This document shows, in pieces, positions 1-10,685 of a stretch of 64,000 nt of DNA. The notes under the pieces were generated by a model. The model saw nothing but the letters and a program-made list of their open reading frames with translations. It was not told where the DNA came from and did not search any database. Both the position numbers and the translations under genes were made by a program. How positions within the stretch are numbered: position 1 is the stretch's first letter; each line of letters starts with the position of its first letter. Origin of the DNA: Schmidtea polychroa (Eukaryota); contig CM097885.1 of assembly GCA_044892525.1 (NCBI GenBank), positions 238,516,001 to 238,580,000 on the forward strand, given 5' to 3'.

Positions 1-728
1 CCCACCCGTCGCAATCAATACTAACTGTCGGCCGAAGAGGAAACGTTTGACTCGCGCCGAGAAATCCAAGCGTAGGCGCGAGGAGAAGGCCGCCACAGAA
101 GCCATTTTGTTTTCGTTTCCTCAAATGATGCCGCCGATGATACTCATGTCAACAACCTCACTAACCCCTGCATTTCGGATGATACCCGCAACGGCCACTC
201 TTTGGGTGTACGATGCTCAGCTGGAAGCGGACCTTGAACTTATTCTGCAGGAAGGGGGTAATGACATCTGGGTTATTGATAATGTTATGTCGAGAACATC
301 TTAGAGGTGCTTTTAACTATGAGCTTTGGGTCGGATCGGACATAAATTATGATGGATGACTGATAATTGATGAATTAGTTTGTCGAATAGAATTTTCAAG
401 TTTTTTTGTGTTGTCGATTGATCTGAATGATAGTGAATGATACAACCCTTGGACCAGGGTTTTAAGTAATTCTTTGTACAAGGATACAAGCCCTTCTATC
501 GGCATTCCTAGACCCGTAAATGAGGAAACTATGAAGAGTGTTTTAACATAGAAGCTCACCTGTTCATAGTTCCTCAGCTACTATGTTCAGTACCAACATG
601 GTCGACGCCATGGGCACATGAGTATTTAAGACAACAATCACCTTGGCGTCTAGGAAGGAGTCGGGTTGAGTCAACCACAATTACCCCTAGTACCATTTTT
701 GAGCAGGACACACCCCTAGGCGCCAACA
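1..728 (-). mobile_element. Terminal part of a giant LTR (reads TGTTGGCGCC... on minus from 728), containing RNA-motif copy D and an antisense small ORF (47-304, +)
   Basis: CGCCAACA terminus at 721-728. The conserved motif (rc GGAATGCCGATAGAAGG, GTTGGTACTG, GTGAGC) lies about 110-250 nt inside, a position comparable to that in the LTRs at 43767 and 51701. Confidence 0.5.
482..620 (-). ncRNA. Conserved structured RNA motif, copy D (most divergent)
   Basis: Minus strand keeps blocks TTGGTACTG, GTGAGC, CGGGTC, GGAATGCCGATAGAAGG..ATCC and a long stem TGAGGAACTATGAA/TTCATAGTTTCCTCA. Confidence 0.55.
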
Positions 729-1741
729 AAAAGAATAAACACACGAAACCATAATTAAATTATTTACAATTGTTCATAAATAAAATAAAGTCATCAATAA
801 AACATAAATTAATTTGACGACAAACCTGTCCATTATATCAATGAGTTGTCTATTTACATAAATTAACATTGTTAAAATAAATCGAGATGGGCTGTCAATT
901 TTCGATGAATAAGTGGTCTTGAAGTCAGAAGGATTTGAACTGGGCTTTGGATTGCACAGATTTGTGATTTGATTCATTAATTATTATGCGGGCTCTACGT
1001 ATATGTTTTCCTGGTATCTGTTTTGGCCGGTCTTATAGTACTTTGTCAGCTTAAATTCCTTAATTCTTCGATCCCTGTCATCTGACAAAATTAATATCAA
1101 TTGAGGGAAATGGGTATGGTTGAACGCGGAACAATAATAAAAATTTAGTGAGTAGTTCCTAGACAATTTATAACAAAATTAAATAACTAATTAAAAATTA
1201 ATTAATCGTTAATGGAAAGCCCGAGCTAACGAGGAACCAGAGGTAACGGGAAATCCGAGCGATTAGAAAAACCCGGAGTGCATTAAGACCCGACAAATTG
1301 GAAAGTGACGCAAATTCGACTGAGCGGCAGTGTAAGAAAGAAATTAGTAGGATAAAAAATAATCCCTCCCAGAAGATTAAAATAACGGGTAACCAATATG
1401 TTAGAGGACTAGCGGTAATCTCCACAAGGATGAAAATAACGGTTGGATAAATGCCGATAATTATTAGAAATGTCGGTAATCCCCGTATGAATTAATAGAA
1501 TATTGATAATGCCTTTAAAGTATAATAGGAAAAACTGAAAAGAGATGAGTTGCCAGTTGGTCAAACAAACAAAATTAAAGAGCATTTGCAAAATCAAAGA
1601 GAATCATAGAGCAAATAATTCAAGTAAATCTAAGGAACATTATAACTTATGGTACTAGAAAGGTGATTACTCCTTTGGCAACCTACCTTACGATAACGAT
1701 TGTTGACGAAAGAAAGGTGAAAATCGAGTGACTACTTGTAG

Positions 1742-1849
1742 TTGTGATACAGTTCGAATAAAGTTCTTATGTGTTTGGTTTTTGTTATTTGATTGGAAAA
1801 GGACAAGAGGAGTCAGAAACTATCTGATTTGTTAAATATTAACCCAACA
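1742..1849 (+). repeat. 3' end of an LTR (..TAACCCAACA), directly repeated at 2520-2627
   Basis: ~108-bp near-identical direct repeat ending in CA. The first copy is followed by a primer-binding site. Confidence 0.75.
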
Positions 1850-1852
1850 TTT

Positions 1853-1870
1853 TGGTGATCCCGGCGCGAT
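1853..1870 (+). promoter_or_regulatory. LTR-retrotransposon primer-binding site, tRNA-Trp type
   Basis: TGGTGATCCCGGCGCGAT 3 nt after the LTR CA end; resembles the tRNA-Trp PBS TGGTGACCCCGACGTGAT (15/18). Confidence 0.7.
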
Positions 1871-2302
1871 ATAAGTCAGAGGTGAATATTTTAACCTGTT
1901 TAAAGGCGGTGAAGTATTATTGAATTTGTAAAAATAGTAAAGTGAAAAGCTTTTGAGAAGTTAGAAACCAGATTATCAAGGAGAAAATAAATTGAAAAGA
2001 TATAAAGAAAATAAATTATCGTGATTGAACTAAAAGTAAAGTGAAAGAGAATTGTTGTAATTGAAATAAAAGATAGAGTTTTGAAAATATTAAGAAGCCA
2101 TTGTGAAAAGTTAGGAAAGAATTTATAAAGATAATTGTCAAAGAACTAATCCAAAATTAAAAAATAGGGAAATTTAAAAATTGTAATATTTTAAATTTTT
2201 GACGAAAAAAAGTTGTACAAAACAGATTTTATAATTTACGAAACAAGAAACAATTTGAAAATCTACTATCCAAACAACTATATCTAAAACTCCAGCAATT
2301 AA

Positions 2303-2484
2303 TGGTAGTGGGTTACAGATAATCCACATTTTACCCTTTCGTGTTGTTTCAATGTTGGAACTGTATCGAGTGGGTGAGTACTTGCGAAAAGTGAGCTTAC
2401 CTTTGCATACTATAATCGGTAAGCACTCAAACGAGTTCATGGACTGCCGATAGAAGGCATGCGTCCGACTTTCGTTAAGGTCCC
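2303..2484 (+). ncRNA. Conserved structured RNA motif, copy A (internally deleted)
   Basis: GTTGGAACTG, TGAGTACTT/AAGCACTCA stem, GTGAGC, CTATAAT, GGACTGCCGATAGAAGGCATGCGTCC, GGTCCC. Confidence 0.65.
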
Positions 2485-3485
2485 TTCTTTAATAGTAACT
2501 TTTAACTAAAATTATCTCTTTGTGATGCAGTTTGAAAAAAGTTGTTCTGTGTTAGGTTTTTGTTATTTGATTGGAAAAGGACAAGAGGAGTCAGAAATTA
2601 TCTGACTTGTTAAATAATAACCCAACATTAATCAACGAAACTAAGATTCAATTGCATGAATTTATTCAATTACAAGTAAATCGACGAACACAAATAACTT
2701 ATGGCAACCGGTCCTTGACTACGCCCAATTTCTACACTCTTTGAGCCGTGCACATTCTGTTTTCCGGGGCCGTTTTCTTTCTCCCTCCAACCACTGCCGG
2801 TTTGTGGATTCTGTCAATTCTAATTCTACAGGCCGGATTTGCCTGGCCAGGCCGCGGTCAATGTTGACCTGAGTCTCTACCTGCCGTACTTAGAGATGGA
2901 GCGCTTTCAGTTCGACCTGATCTTGTGTACTTTGAGTCTGTAGCCGTTGGATAAATGTTAACCGCTTCTGCATCGATGTGGGGCTAAACCAGGTGCTATC
3001 GACATCCCAGCACCATCCTTTGATTTTAAATACCCGGCGTTATAGCTCATCAACTTGTTTCTGTGCGGTTTCTCTGCCGGCCTTCAGATTTCCCAATAAT
3101 TGTATCACTAAATGAGAGGAATCGGTTGAATTTAAATTATTTCTATGACTAAATTAGAAAAAATCTTAAGGTAATGGCGCTTTACTCATGGTACCACATC
3201 CAACTAAGTTAAAGGGTATCGCTATAAACAATCCTATTTACTTTTACTTGATATTAATATTCTTACTACTTTTAATTGCCTCAACTTAACTCATTGTGTA
3301 ATTATCAATTCATAGTTAATTAAAATCCTCGTGCTTCGACACCATCGCTCTACATTCATTCTCCGCACCCTTTATACGTCTCATCGTTACCATTCAAAGA
3401 TAAACATCAACAAAATTTATTTATTAACTAATACCTAGGCTACACACTAAACTTACATCACACTAAATTTGCAACCCCAATAAGT

Positions 3486-3743
3486 TCACTTACGATATGA
3501 TTCTCGTTCGGCTTTGCGGGGACGCCCGCGCTTCCGCGAAGGCTCCTCATATACCCAAGCCTCATATATCTCGGCCAAATTGTCAGTGTCGCATAAATAT
3601 TCTCCATCAGCATCATCATAAGGCCCGCTTCTCCATCCTCTTTCTACTCGTCTCAGCCTGGCTATAACTTGATTGATTTCATTGACGAATTGTGTCCACG
3701 CCAGCCGAGACGGATTTAAGGTTGGCTTCCACTTGAGCACAAC
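3486..3743 (-). pseudogene. Small basic ORF of probable LTR-element origin, split by the Polinton insertion (5' part at 14495-14700)
   Basis: GC-richer coding-like sequence on both sides of the CACAAC duplication. C-terminus KRGRPRK is AT-hook-like. Rejoining the halves needs a frameshift. Confidence 0.4.
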
Positions 3744-4712
3744 AGTAGATGGTATGGGGCCATCTAGACCAGGGGCCCTCTGGACCACATATACCACCCC
3801 CCCGGCCGGAAAATTTTTAAAAAATATTCTAAGTCTAAAAGTACATTTTTTTTCAAGGTCAAATTTTAAACAAAGACATATGACTTATCAAGGTCATTTA
3901 AACAAAGACCATGACTCATCAAGGTCATTTCAAGGTCGCGTGACTCATCCAAGGTCATTCCCAAGGCCATATGACTCATCGTGATGACTCATCAAGGTCA
4001 TATTATTATTTTTAAAAAATATTATTATTTTATTATTATTATTCAAAATATTATTAGTGGTCCAGAGGGCCCCTGGTTTTCGTTTGCCTAAAAGTTATCG
4101 TTCCAATCATTTTATTTCATCGATCGATAGCTCATTTTAAAGCCCAGTGCAAGATCTATCTGTTGATATATAAATATTATTATTATTATTATTATTATAG
4201 GTAAAGTTATTAACAAATGATGACCACCATCTTTTCATAGTCAAAATATTATTAGTGGTCCAGAGGGCCCCTGGTTTTCGTTTGCCAAAAGTTATCGTTC
4301 CCATTATCCGAATTTATTAAGCGATGACTTATTTTAAAGCTTAGTGCAAGACCTTTCGAATGAGCTATTGAAGGTATCATCATCATTATTATTGGCAAAG
4401 TTATTAACGTTTTCCCGAGACCATTTTCAAGGTCATTTGACTATTTTATTATTATTTTTCAAAATATTATTATTTTTCAAAATATTATTTTTTCAAGGTA
4501 ATTTATTTTTTCAAGGTCATTTTTTTCAAGGTCATATTTTAAAATTTGAATTTACAGAGTTCCCTCCAACGAAAATTATTCAACGATAGCTCATTTTAAA
4601 GCCCAATCCAAGACCTTTCGAATGAGCCATATATAATAATTATTATTATTTTACACACGGGGGGGGTCTTGCGGGCCCCTGGTCTAGATGGCCCCATACC
4701 ATCTACTCTACT
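3744..4712. repeat. Mini Polinton-type TIR module forming the left end
   Basis: 35-bp inverted repeat AGTAGATGGTATGGGGCCATCTAGACCAGGGGCCC (3744) / rc at 4673-4707, plus an extra CTACT to 4712. Internal inverted TIR pieces near 4057 and 4256. Clusters of YCAAGGYCA and TGACTCA. Confidence 0.8.
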
Positions 4713-4829
4713 GTTTTTTCTCTTTTATGTTTCTTTTCACAGGTTTGATCGAGATTTAAGTCTAACCATGTATAGGCAGAATTTAATTCCCTACAACATG
4801 GCGCAATTATAATTGGAGTTTGGTGTTTA

Positions 4830-5285
4830 GCGTGTAATACACACATGTTTTTACAATAAATTTGTATTTTTTCGCGTGGTTAACGTTATTTTCTTGGGAT
4901 TTTATTCATATAATATATAGATAAAATTTAATTTTCTATTAAATAACTTAATTAAAATTTATGTATCTTCTTTTGTGTGTAATACACACATGTTTTCACA
5001 ATAAATTTGTATTTTTCATACATTTAACGCAATTTTCTTGGGATTTTATTCATATAATATATAGATAAAATTTAATTTTCTATAAATTGGATTGGTTAAA
5101 AATTATGTATCTTGTTTTGTGTGTAATACACACATGCTTTTACAATAAATTTGTATTTTTCATACATTTAACGTAATTTTCTTGGGATTTTATTATATTA
5201 ATATATAGATAAAATTTAATTTTCTATAAATATAATTGGTTGAAAACTATGTATCTTGTTTTGTGTATAATACACACATGTTTTC
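4830..5285. repeat. ~143-bp tandem repeat, about 3 copies, inside the Polinton
   Basis: GTGTAATACACACATG recurs near 4832, 4977, 5121 and 5263. Confidence 0.8.
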
Positions 5286-5359
5286 TTGATTTTATTTTTT
5301 TTTTAATATTAATATTTTTTTTTAATATATTTTTTTTTAAATATTAATAATAACAATAA

Positions 5360-5415
<56 letters not shown>

Positions 5416-5943
5416 TTAACAATGAAAATAATAATAAAAATAATAATAATAATATTAATAAAAATAATAAAATAATAATAATATAAATAATGAAAATAAT
5501 AATAAAAATAAAATAAAAATAATGATAATAATAAAAATAATATTAATAATAATAATATTAATAAAATAATAATAATATTAATAATAATAATAATAAAATA
5601 ATAATAATAATCTAAAAAATAATAATAATAATTTGTAAATATATTACGATTTTTGAAGAAAACAATCATGAAAATATTGAAAATCGTGAAAATATTGAAA
5701 ATAATCATGAAATTGATGCAAATTATGAAAATATTAAATAAATCGACTTTAGTGTCAAAATGTGTTTTTAAAATATATTTAAGTTTTAAAATACCGCAAC
5801 GTAATGTATTTTGTCCTATCCCTTCCTTGATTTTGATTGGACCGGAAAATATTTATTTTCTTTGTAAGCAGTTACAATTAACAAATTCGTCACAGCTATT
5901 TTTAAATTTAACAAATTTTCGACTAAAAAATTTTCGATTAAAA

Positions 5944-7490
5944 ATGGACGGTGAATTAGATAATATTTTACGCGCCATGTTGGCAGGAGAAAACGGTAAA
6001 TTATTTTAGTATTATTATTATTTATTATTATTTTAGAGAATTTATGGTATGAAGTCACCGAGGCCGACAACTCTAATCAAGATCTACCAATTATTAATAG
6101 TGCCGACGAAGATGTTTTATTAAGTAAGTTTATTTTTAAAAATTTAATTGAAATTAAAAATTGTTTAGTTGATCAAACAATTAATGATGGTGAAAATGAT
6201 ATTGAGGCCGATACTCAAGATATTATCATGGAATCAAAATGTTAGATATATTTTATTATTATTTTAAAAAATTGATTTAAAATTATGAAAATGATCCTGA
6301 ATATAATCATGAAAATAATAAAAATAATAAAAATATTATTAAAAAATAATAATAAAAATACTGAAAATTATGAAAATGTTAAATAAGTCAACTTTAGCGT
6401 CAAAATGTGTTTTAAAATATATTGAAGTTTTAAAATACTGCAACGTAATGCATTTATTTTTCCTACCCCTTCCTTGATTTTGATTAGTCAGAATATATTT
6501 ATTTTTCTTACCCCTTCCTTGATTTTGATTGGTCAGAATTTAATCATGTGTAATATATAAGCAGTAACTTTTCAAATGTTTGTCATTTAAACTTTTAATT
6601 TAACTTATATAAGTGAATAATTTTTTATTCTCTATCTAATATTAATGATTATTTTCTTTTAGTCAACGGATGCAGTTTATATAAATTTTGTATTGCCGAA
6701 AGTCATGAAGATGTTGAGAACTGTAAATCAGTTACATCATCATATTTCAAGATAAATGACTCTAGCTTATTGGGTTACATATGTCCGGAATGTCTCATTA
6801 TAACACCAGGTAGGTGGTTAATGTTTGTACGACAACACGGACACCATCTTAGAAGATTCGAAGAAACGAAGAGCAGTATGATCACTAAAAGTAATACTCT
6901 TTCTACAATTAACAATTATTAATTTTTTATAGTACAATCGAAAATGAATACATCATACGATCCTAAGCCGATTAAAGAATATGTTACAAGTTATGTTATT
7001 TAAGTTGTTTAATATTAATTATAAATATAGTTAGACAAAACTCTGGCACCACAAAACGAAAGTCAATATTTTACGGAAATGGAGACTCTAACATACAATT
7101 GTGTCCACGTCGGGAGTCTGACTTAAATGGTTCTCGTGTTGAATTGACAAGCGATGTATCTGCAATTAATTCTCCTGACATTGTTGTTCCAGATTGTCTC
7201 ATCAAAGAAATAGAAGATCATATTCAACGAATGGGGACAGTAAAAATCCAATTTGGACTTTGTGCAGAGTTTATCAAAGAGGATGGTGAAATTAAAAAAT
7301 GGTGTTTGTCGAATAAAGCAATTACAATGTCATCTTCATTTATTAATGATGGAATTGAAAAATTAAAAGAAAAGTTGGAGAAATACACTCAACAAAGTAG
7401 TGGGTGGAGAATTCATAAAATATTAGAAGTTACTATGATTTTAACTAAATTATCAGACATAATACATGTATCTGGTAAGATTATTTACAT

Positions 7491-7552
<62 letters not shown>

Positions 7553-10538
7553 CAAGAGATTACTTAGGTTCAAGTTACATTAAAACGCCAAATTACCTGA
7601 AAAACTGTCTGGCTTTAGTTAATGTACACAACAATGATCAATTCTGCTTTTTATATGGCATACTGGCTGTATTACATTATGATGACATAAAACACCACAG
7701 AGAAAGAGTAATGAAATATAATTTAAGTGGTAATATATATTTATATTTATATATTTATATCTATACATATATTATTTTATTTAGAGTTAAAATGGAAATC
7801 AGATTGGTTTCCAATGAAGTTGGTTAACATTTGCCAATTTGAAGCAATGAATCCTAATCTAGCGATCAATGTTCTCAAATATAATAAGGATCCAATTAAA
7901 CAGAATAGTGAAAATATTTTCAAGAATCCGTTCGTTGACTTGGTATATAGAAGTACTTCGACGGGATCTCAGATATATCTCCTATTGATTGAAGAAGGTA
8001 ATATTTCTTTTAATCATTAAAAATATTAATTAAATTTTAGAATTAAATTATCATTATTTGGCTGTAACCAATCTCGATCGACTGCTCAATTACAGAGATA
8101 GAGTAGAAGGAGTCAGAATCCAATCACATTGGTGTCATACGTGTCTTCACGGGTTTCGAAAACCTCCTGCTTTTGAAAGACATATAGGTCTTTGTAGGAA
8201 GAATGTGGAGCGGACGACTCTATACTCAATGCCAGAGAATAAATATATCGAATTTAAAGACTGGAGTAAAACTATAAAACAGCAGTTTGTTGTGTACGCG
8301 GACTTTGAATCAATATTACCTCTAGACGACAAACACTTCCAAAAACATGAACCGATTGCATCTGAATTTGTGCTTCTTCATCAAGGTCATCCGATTCGAA
8401 ATGAAACATTTGTTGGGAAAAATTGTATCATTCAGTTTATACAAGCATTGGATGATATAGCTAAAGACATAGTTTATCCGTGGTATAAAATTAATGGATC
8501 GAATGAAATGATGGAACTCACTTGGGAACAGCAGGAAGAATTTACGAACCAAACTCATTGCTACCTCTGTAAAAAGATTATCAATATACCTGTTCGAGAT
8601 CATGATCATTTTACCGGTCAATATCTCGTAGCAGCATGTCAAGATTGTAATTTGGTTAGAAGAATTAATCCGTCTTTACCTGTTGTATTTCACAATCTTC
8701 GTGGATATGACATTCATCATATATTAAAATATGCAATTGGAAAATTCCCAGATTGGAATTTAAATGTTATTCCACAATCAACAGAAAAGTTTCTCACACT
8801 TACAGCAACATCGAAAGGCAGAAGAATTAGATTCATTGATTCTTTACAATTTTTAAATAGCAGCTTGGCAAATTTATCAAAAAATTTACCATGTCTTCCA
8901 CTGACCTCAGATGTTTTCGAATCACAGATGATGACTTGTAAAACCATTTTTCCTTATGATATGGCTACATCAATGGATGTTTTACAGTCAATAACCGAAT
9001 TACCTGCAATTTGGGAGGGAGTTAGTCAAGAAGATTATATACATGCAAATCGAATCTGGCAACAATACAACTGTGAGACATTGCTAGATTACATGCTAGT
9101 ATATCTCAAGTTGGATGTTTTTCTGTTGGCCGATGTTTTTGAAGCCTTCAGAGAAAAAACATTTGACGAAGATGGACTTGAGGCTCTATCGTTTGTTTCC
9201 ATACCCGGATTAAGTTGGGCATCAGCTATTAAACAGTTACCTGAACCGATAGAACTTATTCAAGATCCAGAGCTTTACCGTTTATTTGAAGCTGGTATTC
9301 GTGGTGGAATGACATTTATCAACAAACATCATGTTGAAGCTGATGTATCAACACAAATGTCATACCTAGATGTTAATAATTTATATGGATGGGTGCTGTC
9401 GCAAAAACTTCCTGTTGGTGAATTTAGATGGATAAATGATCAGACTGAAATGAATGGTATTATTAAAAGATGTGCAAATGGGGATGAATTTGATGGAGAT
9501 CGTGGATATGTTTTGGAGGTTGATATCGTCATTCCTGATAGTATACAGGATAAACTAGATGATTTACCTATAGCTCCTGAGCTTTGTTATCCGCCTGGAA
9601 GTAAAGTTGAAAAGCTGTTGTTAACTCATGAGCCTAAGAAAAACTATGTAGTTAATGGTAGAGTTTTGACAGAGTGGTTGAGTTCCGGCGCAAAAGTCAC
9701 AAAATTTTATCGTGCTGTAGAATTCAAGCAAGTGGCTATTTTCAAAGGATATATTGATTACAATACCAAAATGAGAGCAGCTAGTACAGATTCGTTTCAG
9801 CGAGATTATTATAAGTTAAAGAACAACAGTTTATACGGTAAAACTGTGGAAAACTTGAAGAAACGTATAAATTTGAGATTATGCAGCAAAAGCAAAAGAT
9901 TGATAACTTATTGTAGTAATCCTATGTTTCGTCGTAGCATCAAGATTGCGGATGATCTCATTGCTGTTATACTTGATAAGGAAATGGTGTGTTTAGATAG
10001 ACCAATGTATATTGGACAAACCGTACTTGATTTATCTAAACTTCGCATGTACCAGTTTCAATATAAAGAACTACAGAGTTATAGAGAAGAATTCAATTGT
10101 CAAATTAATATCGTAGCCGGTGACACAGATTCCTTCTTTTTAGAGTGTAAAAATGTTGATTTACGCTTACAACTGTATCCACAAATGATTGCCGATGGGC
10201 TCCTAGATACTTCAAATTATCCAGTGACTGATCCATTGTTCTCAGATAAAATTTGTTCGGTAATCGGGGAATTCAAGGATGAGAATAAAGGAAATCAATA
10301 TAAAGAATGGGTGTTTCTTCGACCCAAGTGCTACTCACTCCAAGGCGATAAAAACACTCTAAAAGCCAAAGGAATAAGTCTTACAAATTCTAATATCACC
10401 CATGAAGCCTATAAAAAAGTGTATACTGATGGTGGAACAGTGAGCATCCCACAAAAAAGAATAGGAAGTGTCAATCATCAGTTATATACTTTCATGACAG
10501 AAAAACGAGCTCTCCAATGTTTGGACGATAAAAGGTAG
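5944..10538 (+). CDS. polB: Protein-primed family-B DNA polymerase (Polinton/adintovirus type), 9 exons: 5944-5995, 6037-6123, 6169-6240, 6663-6890, 6933-6989, 7031-7474, 7568-7729, 7785-7997, 8041-10538 (1270 aa). The terminal TAG is probably premature; the natural end is likely 10646.
   Basis: ExoI VYADFES, ExoII FHNLRGYD, ExoIII YLKLDV, Pol A YLDVNNLYG, B KLKNNSLYGK, C GDTDS. Endonuclease-VII-like insert CYLC..VRDHDHFTG..ACQDCN. OTU-like NNDQFCFLY...YHYL. C2H2/C2HC finger CHTC..ERHIGLC. GT-AG introns join all exons in one open frame. The N-terminal exons are less certain than the 3' ones. Confidence 0.9.
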
Positions 10539-10685
10539 TGGTACAATTGTAATGAAAGCTATGCCTACGGTCACTATAAGATTCGTCAAATGCATATTGC
10601 AACTGCTATGTCTAGAAATGAATGCAAATCGAAACAAGCACTTTAACAATTAAATTTATGTGAATAATAATATATATATATATAT

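Noticed and set aside
3673..4589. ORFs across the Polinton left end (3673-3984, 4344-4589)
   Set aside because: Translations of TIR and TCAAGGTCA repeats.
3744..4712. Mini-TIR module as an independent insertion
   Set aside because: No TSD around 3744-4707/4712; the left flank CACAAC is matched only at 14495.
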